32,000 nt of DNA from Fastidiosibacter lacustris (GTDB lineage Bacteria > Pseudomonadota > Gammaproteobacteria > Francisellales > Francisellaceae), in the NCBI RefSeq assembly GCF_003428155.1, contig NZ_QLIR01000012.1:30001-62000 (forward strand), given 5' to 3'. Positions within the stretch are counted from its first letter, which is position 1; each line of letters begins with the position of its first letter. Shown in pieces: positions 19,745-27,601 of this stretch. A program made the position numbers and the translations under genes. Under the pieces are notes generated by a model. It did not search any database, was not told the DNA's origin, and saw only the letters and a program-made list of their open reading frames with translations.

Positions 19745-20015
19745 ACTACAATGTAGTTTTTACATATAAATACTTTACTCTGATGCCAAGAGATGCTTAT
19801 AAATAAAGGCTTCTCTATGTATTATTTTTTGCTACAAGATAATCAGGAGTATTTTTAATGATTTTATATTCGCTAAAAAAAGCCAAAAGCCTTTATTTAC
19901 AAGACTTTGAATAAGCCTTTTTAGGCAACACTCGATTGCGTGGTGTGTGGCAGGGTCAGGGAGGTCGTGTCGAGGATACCTTGGATTTAATGTAATGATT
20001 ATGATAATCGTTATC
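19745..20015. other. oriT: putative oriT region (F-type) with flanking inverted repeats
   Basis: Nic-like GCGTGGTGTGT^GG at 19938-19950, differing from F GCGTGGGGTGT^GG at 1 of 13 positions; adjacent short IR GCAA(19925-19928)...TTGC(19936-19939); further IRs at 19745-19757 (ACTACA-A-TGTAGT) and 19789-19816 (AGAGATGC...GCTTCTCT). Confidence 0.75.
19997..20015. promoter_or_regulatory. Fur-box-like / palindromic operator GATTATGATAATCGTTATC
   Basis: Matches GATAATGATAATCATTATC at 17 of 19 positions by direct reading. Confidence 0.4.
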
Positions 20016-20170
20016 GTACAGTGTGCGTATGAAAATTGAGCAGACAATCCTATGCCGTTTGAATGGAAATTGACATTTTAAGCCTATACCTTTTAAAAAG
20101 ATGGAATAAAATTAAAGGACAATAAAAACAAGATAAAATCGGTTTGATTTTTTAAAAAAATATTATTTTT

Positions 20171-21124
20171 CTATGTAACTTTTTCATATTGATCATTTAC
20201 ATTAATATTCAAAAGAAAACTAAAAACTTTTACGCAACATTTAACAGCTTCCATATAATCATCATCTGTTAAAAGTGAAAGCCAACTTTCAATATATTTT
20301 TCATGATTTTTTATCTCGCCATTAATACCAAAATGCTTTAATAAAATGGTGCTGCTGATCTCAGCAATTAACTCTTCTTTTGCATAAGACTTTTTGCATG
20401 AAAAATTTATTTCTCGATTTAATCTGCTTGGATGCAATGTCCAATGCGCTAACTCATGCAAAAGCGTTGCCTGATAGTCTGCCTCAGTTCTAAAATATTT
20501 TGGGCTTGGCAGCCTTATTTCGTCTAACTCTGGTGAGTAATAAGCTTGACCAATGTCATGATGAACAATTTTTGGATTGTGTGCATTAATCAAGCTTTCG
20601 ATACCACTATCAGTTTTTATTTCCTGATCAACATCTTTTAAGGTTGTTTGCGTTAAATTAAAAACGCGGTACATTTTAGGGCATATAGCAGTATATTTGT
20701 ATTTATCACCCGCTTTAACTTTAACTAAATGACCATTGTTTTTATATTCATAATCAGTTTTCGCGTCACCTTCCTTTTTGTAAGTTGTAAAGAAAAAGAC
20801 TTCTTCCGATTTTTCACCTTTACGCACACTCCCACCAAGTTCATTTATTTGTTTGAAAGTAAACCATTGATTAGACTTGTATTTATTTTCAAGTTGCGAA
20901 AATAATAATTGCAAAACGTTAACGCCGTTATATAGTTTTGATTGACTATTAACAGGCAATAACTGACTTCCTGAGCGATCAAAATTATCTACCCAAACGT
21001 CTGCGCCTTTTTTGATATTTTCTTTAATCTTTTGAGCAATAGACAAAACATAATCCTGATATGTTGTTTTTACTGTTTTTGAAGTTTTTAAAGTGCTATA
21101 TTTTTTTACTTTTGTTGTAGTCAT
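20171..21124 (-). CDS. ArdC-like antirestriction / ssDNA-binding protein with zincin-like metallopeptidase domain
   Basis: N-terminal ArdC-like region plus metallopeptidase motif LLHELAHWTLHPSRLNR. Confidence 0.85.
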   Translation of the reverse strand: MTTTKVKKYSTLKTSKTVKTTYQDYVLSIAQKIKENIKKGADVWVDNFDRSGSQLLPVNSQSKLYNGVNVLQLLFSQLENKYKSNQWFTFKQINELGGSVRKGEKSEEVFFFTTYKKEGDAKTDYEYKNNGHLVKVKAGDKYKYTAICPKMYRVFNLTQTTLKDVDQEIKTDSGIESLINAHNPKIVHHDIGQAYYSPELDEIRLPSPKYFRTEADYQATLLHELAHWTLHPSRLNREINFSCKKSYAKEELIAEISSTILLKHFGINGEIKNHEKYIESWLSLLTDDDYMEAVKCCVKVFSFLLNINVNDQYEKVT

Positions 21125-21162
21125 CGTATTATCTCCATTGTTGTGTTGATAACACCTTTTGC

Positions 21163-21237
21163 AACAAGCCTTAAAAAATTAAATGCAAGGGTGCCGCAGG
21201 CACTTGCGTAGCCCTTGCATTTGAATTTTGGCTTGTT
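21163..21237. promoter_or_regulatory. long imperfect hairpin upstream of ardC; candidate ssDNA promoter (Frpo-like) or attenuator
   Basis: AACAAGCC (21163-21170) pairs with GGCTTGTT (21230-21237); AAAATT (21175-21180) with AATTTT (21224-21229); AAATGCAAGGG (21181-21191) with CCCTTGCATTT (21212-21222). Total ~25 bp. Confidence 0.7.
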
Positions 21238-21260
21238 AAAAAAGAAAATATTACTAGGCT

Positions 21261-21287
21261 ATCACGCTGTAAGCGTGATTCCTTTTT
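21261..21287 (+). terminator. rho-independent terminator-like hairpin
   Basis: Perfect 8-bp stem ATCACGCT-GTA-AGCGTGAT followed by TCCTTTTTG on the + strand. Confidence 0.6.
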
Positions 21288-21349
21288 GTCGGCGTTGTTT
21301 ATTTTTTGAGATTTCAGGAAAGAACTTTAAAGGGATTGAGATAAAAAAA

Positions 21350-21655
21350 TTATGATAAATATTTTAAGCCATTCTCATCAACGAGATTAATTAGTTTTAA
21401 GATAGCACCCTTAGCTTGTCGCGTGCCCTGCTCAAGACTTTTAACCATTGCTGGACTGATATTAAGAAATTTAGCAAATACCGCTTGGCTGACGTTTTGA
21501 CGTTCTCTAATTGCTTTTATATCATCGCCTGTATATTCGTATACTGTTGGCGTTTCAACTTCGGTTAATTCGCGCAGGGTTGTTTTGTCAATAATACCAC
21601 TGGTGTATAGATCATTTGACAAGTCGTTTATGGTTTCTCTTATGCTGCTCATCAT
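21350..21655 (-). CDS. HTH-XRE antitoxin (HigA/NadS-like)
   Basis: YTGDDIKAIRERQNVSQAVFAKFLNISPAMVKSLEQGTRQAKGAILKLINLV; adjacent to RelE/HigB-like ORF. Confidence 0.85.
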   Translation of the reverse strand: MMSSIRETINDLSNDLYTSGIIDKTTLRELTEVETPTVYEYTGDDIKAIRERQNVSQAVFAKFLNISPAMVKSLEQGTRQAKGAILKLINLVDENGLKYLS

Positions 21656-22023
21656 ATCACCTTAAATAGTTTTTTATCTGCGATTAACGTTTGCACATCA
21701 CTATCACTTAATGACAGTAATATGCTAGACAACTTTTTAAAGTCCACAAGCTCGCGCTTTGTGAAGTTTTCTTTTTCATTCTTTTTAAAGCAATGCACCC
21801 AGTAACATACAACGCCATCACTAAAAACAATAATGGTTCGACTGCTGCCGCTTTTGCCTTTATTGTCTGTCGCTACTCTAAGCTTATATAAGCTGCCACC
21901 TAATGCATATCTTTGCTTACCCAAGTCATCTAGTGAAGCAAAGTAATTTAATGTTTCTTTTAAATCTGCATCGCTAATATGTTTTGATTCACTTGCAAAC
22001 TTTTTTATTTTATAATTTTTCAT
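21652..22023 (-). CDS. type II TA toxin, RelE/HigB-like
   Basis: Start assigned to internal Met (MKNYKIKKFASESKHISDADLKETLNYF...); ORF track start 22146 gives a non-typical hydrophobic extension. 4-nt overlap with antitoxin. Confidence 0.75.
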   Translation of the reverse strand: MKNYKIKKFASESKHISDADLKETLNYFASLDDLGKQRYALGGSLYKLRVATDNKGKSGSSRTIIVFSDGVVCYWVHCFKKNEKENFTKRELVDFKKLSSILLSLSDSDVQTLIADKKLFKVI

Positions 22024-22139
22024 GCTTAAAATAGTTGGCTGTATGTTACATAGTATTATAATACACTGGCTTACCATGTCAATAAAACAATAAAGCAAAA
22101 AATTAAAAATAATGATATAAACATAAGGAAGTAAATAAC

Positions 22140-22385
22140 ATGCCAAGCATTACAAAACCATCTGCACCCAGTTATATGACGCTACCTAAAAAAGTTAGAA
22201 TCACCGAGGAAACTTACTTTAAAATGCTAGAGTATCTGGATTGGAATCAATCGCTTGATGGCGAAAACGATATTGATTTTTTAATTGAGGAATCCATTAA
22301 AATTGCACTCGAATCTGATAAAGATTTTAAGCGTAGAAATAAAGTGAAGAAAACAGCAGCGGTTAAGGAAGAAGCGACTGCATAA
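22140..22385 (+). CDS. small hypothetical protein (81 aa)
   Basis: AAGGAAG upstream; divergent from the TA toxin gene. Confidence 0.6.
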   Translation: MPSITKPSAPSYMTLPKKVRITEETYFKMLEYLDWNQSLDGENDIDFLIEESIKIALESDKDFKRRNKVKKTAAVKEEATA

Positions 22386-22403
22386 TGCAGTCTAATAACT
22401 CAC

Positions 22404-22757
22404 TTAATAGCGATACTCAGGGATGCGTTCGATTTCGTTATCAATGCGATACGTCATATCATCACAGTAAACATTTTCTAGCTTCTTAATCGTTGCATGC
22501 TCCAGTATCTCATACCGGCATTCATTAGATGTCGTAAACTTCGGCGGGTATTCACTAAACAACACTTCATAGGTGTCACTGCCAAAACAGTAACGGATAT
22601 ATACATAACCATCTAAATGCCTTGCATTGACTTTAAACATCAGTGTCGTTTCATCTAGGCGCTTAAAGTCATGCGCACCCCAACTCCAAACCAAGGTTCT
22701 TCCGCCTGTAAATAATTGCTGTATGATTGTGTTTACGTAATAGTTTTTATCATTCAT
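22404..22757 (-). CDS. hypothetical protein (117 aa)
   Basis: Uninterrupted ORF with plausible globular composition (LFTGGRTLVWSWGAHDFKRLDETTLMFKVNARHLDGYVYI). Confidence 0.6.
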   Translation of the reverse strand: MNDKNYYVNTIIQQLFTGGRTLVWSWGAHDFKRLDETTLMFKVNARHLDGYVYIRYCFGSDTYEVLFSEYPPKFTTSNECRYEILEHATIKKLENVYCDDMTYRIDNEIERIPEYRY

Positions 22758-23032
22758 GGTTGTGCTCCTTTTGTAGCTTGCTTTTGGTTGTTTTTATTAT
22801 TTTTATTTTTTCGCTTTGTGGTCGAGAAAGTTTTTGATAACCCATTTATTCCATATTGTGCAAATTAACAAACATTGACTATGATTAATCTATGCGCTTG
22901 AGCGGTTGAAACGAGGCGTTTTTATTAATTTTATTTGGTATTCTCTTGCTCAGGTGTATAACCTTTATAAAACACATAAACTGCCCAATTGACCATAACC
23001 GCATTAAAAGCTAATATTCGTGCAAAACAATA

Positions 23033-23293
23033 TTGAGTAACACAATTACCATGCGTAATGACGAAAAGAAAATCATGGCTATTGACGCCAAAGTTAAAGC
23101 CCTCCGTGCTAAAAACACCGATGACATGATACTTTTAACCGAAATGATTGATGAGATGCTAATTTTTAGAGAAACTATGAAAAATACTAAACCAGAGCAA
23201 CTAAATGCCTACTGTCAGAAATATACCAACTTTTTCTACTTTGCAAAACTACTGGACAATCTTGCAGACAAACTCGCCAGCGCTAAAGCCTAA
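23033..23293 (+). CDS. small hypothetical protein (86 aa)
   Basis: ORF with TTG or internal ATG start; ends just before a strong hairpin. Confidence 0.5.
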   Translation: MSNTITMRNDEKKIMAIDAKVKALRAKNTDDMILLTEMIDEMLIFRETMKNTKPEQLNAYCQKYTNFFYFAKLLDNLADKLASAKA

Positions 23294-23295
23294 AA

Positions 23296-23336
23296 TTTCC
23301 TGTTTTACGACCACGATCGTGGTTAAAAAACGGAAA
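23296..23336. terminator. bidirectional terminator-like hairpin between convergent ORFs
   Basis: Core palindrome ACCACGATCGTGGT (23310-23323) inside outer arms TTTCCtGTTTT / AAAAaaCGGAAA. Confidence 0.65.
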
Positions 23337-23351
23337 ATCAGAAATTTAAAT

Positions 23352-23687
23352 CTATTGCCCATCACTAAAATACGCATCAATGCCTTTCTGTACTAGCTGA
23401 TATTCAAACCCTTTATTCAGCAAATATTTTAAAAGCTTTTGCTTCTTGCCATAATCGGTTTTGCCTTTAATCAAAGGATACTTAGCACTGATTCTGCGTA
23501 GAACATTGTTAAACTGCTGTACTTCGTCAACGACAACTAACTTGTCAATCATGCTTTGTGGTATCGCTTTCTTTTTGAGCTTATCAATCAATGCACCTGT
23601 TGATATATCTTGGTTACTTTCAATGATACGCCTTGCTTTGTTTTCTAATAGCATATCGTTGGTTATATTGGCGTTGTCTAGAGTCAT
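23352..23687 (-). CDS. hypothetical protein, weak RecX-like repeat features
   Basis: 111-aa ORF; the segment KQKLLKYLLNKGFEYQLVQKGIDAYF resembles a RecX three-helix repeat by eye only. Confidence 0.55.
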   Translation of the reverse strand: MTLDNANITNDMLLENKARRIIESNQDISTGALIDKLKKKAIPQSMIDKLVVVDEVQQFNNVLRRISAKYPLIKGKTDYGKKQKLLKYLLNKGFEYQLVQKGIDAYFSDGQ

Positions 23688-23700
23688 TGTGGCATCCCTT

Positions 23701-24402
23701 TTACATCTTTATTATTCTTTTTATCCTGTTCTGCCTTCTCTCTTCCTTAATTACCTCGGCTTCTGGTATCTGATTAAATGCAAATTTCACCTGCGCATTA
23801 CTTAATATATTAGTTAGGTTAGCCGTATCTATTCGATTAACTTTTATATCTTCAGACTTGCAAAATTCCCCATTGTTATCAATCCCAATGATTATGTAGC
23901 GGCGTTCACTTTCATTGAGCGTGTTGGCTAATGATATAATATCCTTAAACAAGTCACCCTGTTTTTTTGAATCCTTAGAATACCATTCACGCTTAAAATC
24001 ATGGCGTTCACTTTCTCTTTTAGATTCAATTAACGGGATTATATCTTTACGTACTTCAATATATTTAGGTGTTGCTTGCAACTCTATCTTGTCTGCATCT
24101 TCTGGTTTTAGCTCTAGTTTAGAATGTTTTATTAATACGTTTAGTAAAGCAGTCCCTTTTATTTCTAAAATATGATGGGTATTTAAGGATAAGCAGTATT
24201 TTTTATCTTTACTAAATTCAAAGCTAAGGTTGTTTAATATATCAGACTCTCCAGCCTTGGAAAAATCATCCTCAAGGAGATTGTCAATTTTATGAAATAT
24301 GCTTATTTTGACAACTATCTCACCCTTCCTATCGCTATAGTGGCTCTGCACAATTCCAATATAGCCTTTAAGACTTAGTATCAAGTTGAAGCTCCGGAAC
24401 AC
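23701..24402 (-). CDS. AlbA_2 / Schlafen-like putative ATP- or nucleic-acid-binding domain protein
   Basis: ESERHDFKREWYSKDSKKQGDLFKDIISLANTLNESERRYIIIGIDNNGEF matches the AlbA_2 pattern (E.xxFK...IxAxAN...GxLxxGIdnxG). N-terminal start uncertain. Confidence 0.7.
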   Translation of the reverse strand: MFRSFNLILSLKGYIGIVQSHYSDRKGEIVVKISIFHKIDNLLEDDFSKAGESDILNNLSFEFSKDKKYCLSLNTHHILEIKGTALLNVLIKHSKLELKPEDADKIELQATPKYIEVRKDIIPLIESKRESERHDFKREWYSKDSKKQGDLFKDIISLANTLNESERRYIIIGIDNNGEFCKSEDIKVNRIDTANLTNILSNAQVKFAFNQIPEAEVIKEERRQNRIKRIIKM

Positions 24403-24817
24403 AAAGACAAATTTTTGAGCTGTTCAAAACAGTGTCATTTTGAATTCTATTTTCCATGTATTTTAATTCGATAAAACTCGCTTCAATATCACTATCAAAA
24501 TCATCATTTACAACTAAAATAAAACTATCCATAAATACCATTAACCTTTTATGTTCCAGCTTCCGATATAGATATGCATACAAGCGACCAATAATAAAAA
24601 TTCTCTGGTTTGTTCTGTGAATTTATTGCTTAGCATCACTGTTTTTCTACGGCTGATATGCTTTGCTCAAATTCTACAGATAATTACAAGCTTATCAAAC
24701 GCTCACTCCTTGTGACATCAATAAATTTTCACTGCGCACTGATAAACTTGCTTATTTTGAGGTATTACACTACTTTAGTCATTGGTAAAACATATATAAC
24801 CAAAGGAGTAACATTAT

Positions 24818-25033
24818 ATGAAATACCTAAGCCCTATCGCACTTATATTAATTATCATCGGTGGCTTAAACTGGCTGCTCGTTGGTTTGTTCAATTTCAA
24901 TCTCGTCCATGCCATTTTTGGCAAACTGGGCTTTGTTGAAAACATCATCTACATTATCGTAGGTATTGCGGCTTTAATTTGCATTCCCATGCTCAAGAAA
25001 TGCTGCCCAAAATCATCTTGCAACAAGGACTAA
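24818..25033 (+). CDS. DUF378 family membrane protein
   Basis: PIALILIIIGGLNWLLVGLFNFNLVHAIFG...IIYIIVGIAAL is typical of DUF378; SD AAAGGAG. Confidence 0.85.
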   Translation: MKYLSPIALILIIIGGLNWLLVGLFNFNLVHAIFGKLGFVENIIYIIVGIAALICIPMLKKCCPKSSCNKD

Positions 25034-25041
25034 TCAACATT

Positions 25042-25344
25042 GTGGGAAATCAATTTACTGATAACTTTTGCGCCGCAGTTGAAAACACAACAGGGCAGAC
25101 AATTGCGGATTTTTTAACACAATGCGCCAATCAAGGCTTGACCTACACAGAAGTTGGTGAGCTTTTTGGTTACAAGCAGAATACGGTTAGAAAATGGTGC
25201 AGACGATGCAATGTCTCGCTATACAATGAAAGCAGTCTTAAAGCGCTAAACTCACCCGTTAAAAAAGCAGCCATTGAGCAATTACTTGATGACATCAAAA
25301 TCAAATCCCTTAGCTGCTCAAATGTACTGTATAAAGCTTGGTGA
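25042..25344 (+). CDS. small helix-turn-helix (homeodomain-like) protein
   Basis: YTEVGELFGYKQNTVRKWCRRCNV is a Tn/Hin-like HTH. ORF track start 24979; GTG at 25042 avoids overlap with the DUF378 gene. Confidence 0.6.
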   Translation: MGNQFTDNFCAAVENTTGQTIADFLTQCANQGLTYTEVGELFGYKQNTVRKWCRRCNVSLYNESSLKALNSPVKKAAIEQLLDDIKIKSLSCSNVLYKAW

Positions 25345-25580
25345 AAATCATGCAGCGCTTGGAAACAGAAACCAAGTTTTATGAGATAATCGTTAATCAG
25401 GATTTATTAGGCGACATAGTTTTAATTTGCTATTTTGGCGGAAAAAACAGCCATCGCCATCAGTCAAAAACGATCAAGTTAGATTCGTTTTTACAATACT
25501 GTAAAGCGTATAAAAAAATTATCACTACCCGATTGAAACATGGGTATTGGTTTATCCATCATTCACCGCAAGACTTTTAA
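25338..25580 (+). CDS. WGR-domain-like small protein
   Basis: QRLETETKFYEIIVNQDLLGDIVLICYFGGKNSHRHQSKTI resembles the WGR-domain pattern (KFYxLxVxxDLfGxWxLxRxWGRxGSxxGqxxT); remote similarity by eye. Confidence 0.55.
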   Translation: MVKIMQRLETETKFYEIIVNQDLLGDIVLICYFGGKNSHRHQSKTIKLDSFLQYCKAYKKIITTRLKHGYWFIHHSPQDF

Positions 25581-25642
25581 AATGCAGGCGATACAGCTTT
25601 GTGCTATGATGTTTTAAGCCAAAATAATACCGCTAATTTTCA

Positions 25643-27124
25643 ATGACTAGAAAAAATAATTGGAAAACACCCATCCCATTATCGCATATATCAGCAAAGC
25701 AAGCTGATTATCCGCTTGATGCTTTACCTGATATTATCAAAGATGCTATCCAGTCTTATGCCGAGTACGGGCAGCAACCCATTCCATTATTAGCTAATAG
25801 CGCCCTGTCTAATGTCTCACTAAGCTGCCAAGGGCTAGCCAATGTTGCACGTGATGATGTGCTGACCAGCCCTGTCTCCATGTACTTTATTACGGTTGCA
25901 TCCAGTGGTGAGCGTAAAACGGCGGCTGATAAAGTCTTTAGCAAAGGTGTTGAGGATTGGCAAAATAAGACAACGAAAACCATGATGCCAGAATATACGC
26001 GCATCAAAAATGAATACACTACTTGGTCAATCAAGCGCAAAGGATTGCTAATGATGATTAGACGTTTAGCTACTCAAGGTTATGAAACAGATCAATATGA
26101 TGGTTACTATGATCAAGTAATGCTTGAAGAACCAGAAATACCTTTATTGCCTAAACTTAAATATGAGGACATCACCGCAGAAGCTTTAAGCGAAAACTTA
26201 GCAAAGGAATATCCAAGCACAAGTATTTGGTCAGACGAGGCAGGCATTTCCTTATCAAGCCCAAGTATGCAAAAAGACAACACAAAGTTTGTTGCCTTAC
26301 TAAACCGGCTATGGGATGCGCAACCCATAGCCGTACATCGTAAAACAACCGGTGATCTATTCATCAAAGATCGGCGGTTTACACTGAACCTAATGATGCA
26401 ACCACTATTGTTAGAACAAATGCTCAAAAAAGGTGATGGCATTAATAGAAACAGTGGTTTTCTTGCACGAACCTTATTAGCTTACCCTACTTCAACAATG
26501 GGCAATCGATATTACAAAGAGCCATTCAAGAACGTCACTGAACATCTTGATAAATTTCACAGGCGCATTAAAACCTGTCTGAGCAACACTCAGCCAGTTG
26601 ATAAATACGGTTTTGGATACATTCCAACGCTTATCTTTAGCAAAACAGCTAAAGAAGCATGGGTGAAATACTTTAATTATATTGAAACCGCTATCGCCAA
26701 CGAATACCACTGGCAATCAATCCATGACTTGGCATCTAAAGCCAGTGAGAATATTGCAAGGCTAGCTGCCCTATTCCATTTATTTACAGGTAAACAAGGC
26801 ACTGAAATATCTGCTGAACACATCGAGTCTGCTTATCAGATTATCGAATGGCATTTAAATGAAGCTAAACGCATCTTTGGAGAAACCAAACTGACACAGG
26901 TTGAGCACGATGCCAAGTTAATAATTGACGCCATCATCTCAAAGAATATTGTTGAAACCACTTCACGCGAGATTTTACGTGTCACACCCGTCCGTGACAA
27001 AAGCAGACGAGATCAAGCAATTAAGCTACTTGAGAAGTCGAATTACCTTATTTCAACGCCAGATGCTAAGCGCACAAAGATCATCTTTCACCCAACGCTA
27101 TTCAAAACCTCTGTGACAGTTTGA
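25643..27124 (+). CDS. DUF3987 / YfjI-family protein
   Basis: 493-aa ORF with characteristic ISAKQADYPLDALPDIIKDAIQSYAEYGQQP... and SSGERKTAADKVF motif. Confidence 0.8.
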   Translation: MTRKNNWKTPIPLSHISAKQADYPLDALPDIIKDAIQSYAEYGQQPIPLLANSALSNVSLSCQGLANVARDDVLTSPVSMYFITVASSGERKTAADKVFSKGVEDWQNKTTKTMMPEYTRIKNEYTTWSIKRKGLLMMIRRLATQGYETDQYDGYYDQVMLEEPEIPLLPKLKYEDITAEALSENLAKEYPSTSIWSDEAGISLSSPSMQKDNTKFVALLNRLWDAQPIAVHRKTTGDLFIKDRRFTLNLMMQPLLLEQMLKKGDGINRNSGFLARTLLAYPTSTMGNRYYKEPFKNVTEHLDKFHRRIKTCLSNTQPVDKYGFGYIPTLIFSKTAKEAWVKYFNYIETAIANEYHWQSIHDLASKASENIARLAALFHLFTGKQGTEISAEHIESAYQIIEWHLNEAKRIFGETKLTQVEHDAKLIIDAIISKNIVETTSREILRVTPVRDKSRRDQAIKLLEKSNYLISTPDAKRTKIIFHPTLFKTSVTV

Positions 27125-27224
27125 CAATTGTGACAATAACAATATAAACCTTATAATTCTATAGTTTTATAATCCTATAATTATCAAATAAGATCATGAC
27201 AATAGTTCAAATCACTTTGACAAT
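27114..27224. repeat. AT-rich cluster of TGACAAT and TATAAT-like repeats
   Basis: TGACA(A/G)T at 27114, 27122, 27131, 27197 and 27218; TATAAT three times within 27150-27182. Confidence 0.5.
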
Positions 27225-27335
27225 GCCACAATCAAGGTCATTATGCAACCATCTTAAATTGATTCGTGATTTTAGTTTGACTTACCCACTTCTTAATAGT
27301 AGAAATGCAACAATCATAATGAATAGCCGTTAAGC

Positions 27336-27599
27336 ATGGCAGCAAAGCAAAAGAAAAAGCGTAATAAGAAATATACACCTAAACGCCACATAGGGTGGAT
27401 TGGTTATGGCTATATCGAATACGGCAATTATGGCTGTTACTTTGAGGTAAGGTTTGACCACCTTAACAAAGAGATCAGGAAAGATGATGATTTTGGTGGG
27501 TTTGTAATTGATGTTTTGGACGAATTTGCAAAAGAGGATGGCATCACATCAGAAGCCACCAATCTGAAAATGTTGAGTTGGATTGAGTGGTGCAAGTAG
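27336..27599 (+). CDS. small basic hypothetical protein (87 aa)
   Basis: Uninterrupted ORF, basic N-terminus. Confidence 0.5.
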   Translation: MAAKQKKKRNKKYTPKRHIGWIGYGYIEYGNYGCYFEVRFDHLNKEIRKDDDFGGFVIDVLDEFAKEDGITSEATNLKMLSWIEWCK

Positions 27600-27601
27600 T
27601 T

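Noticed and set aside
19832-20047. 71-aa minus-strand ORF across the oriT region
   Set aside because: Low-complexity run (TITIIIIITL) produced by the palindromic AT-rich sequence; overlaps nic and regulatory repeats.
24368-24583. 71-aa minus-strand ORF upstream of the AlbA_2-like gene
   Set aside because: Composition is plausible but it overlaps the next ORF start, which is itself uncertain; not enough support to call it.
24658-24939. 93-aa + strand ORF overlapping DUF378
   Set aside because: Out of frame with the well-supported DUF378 gene and without clear translation signals.
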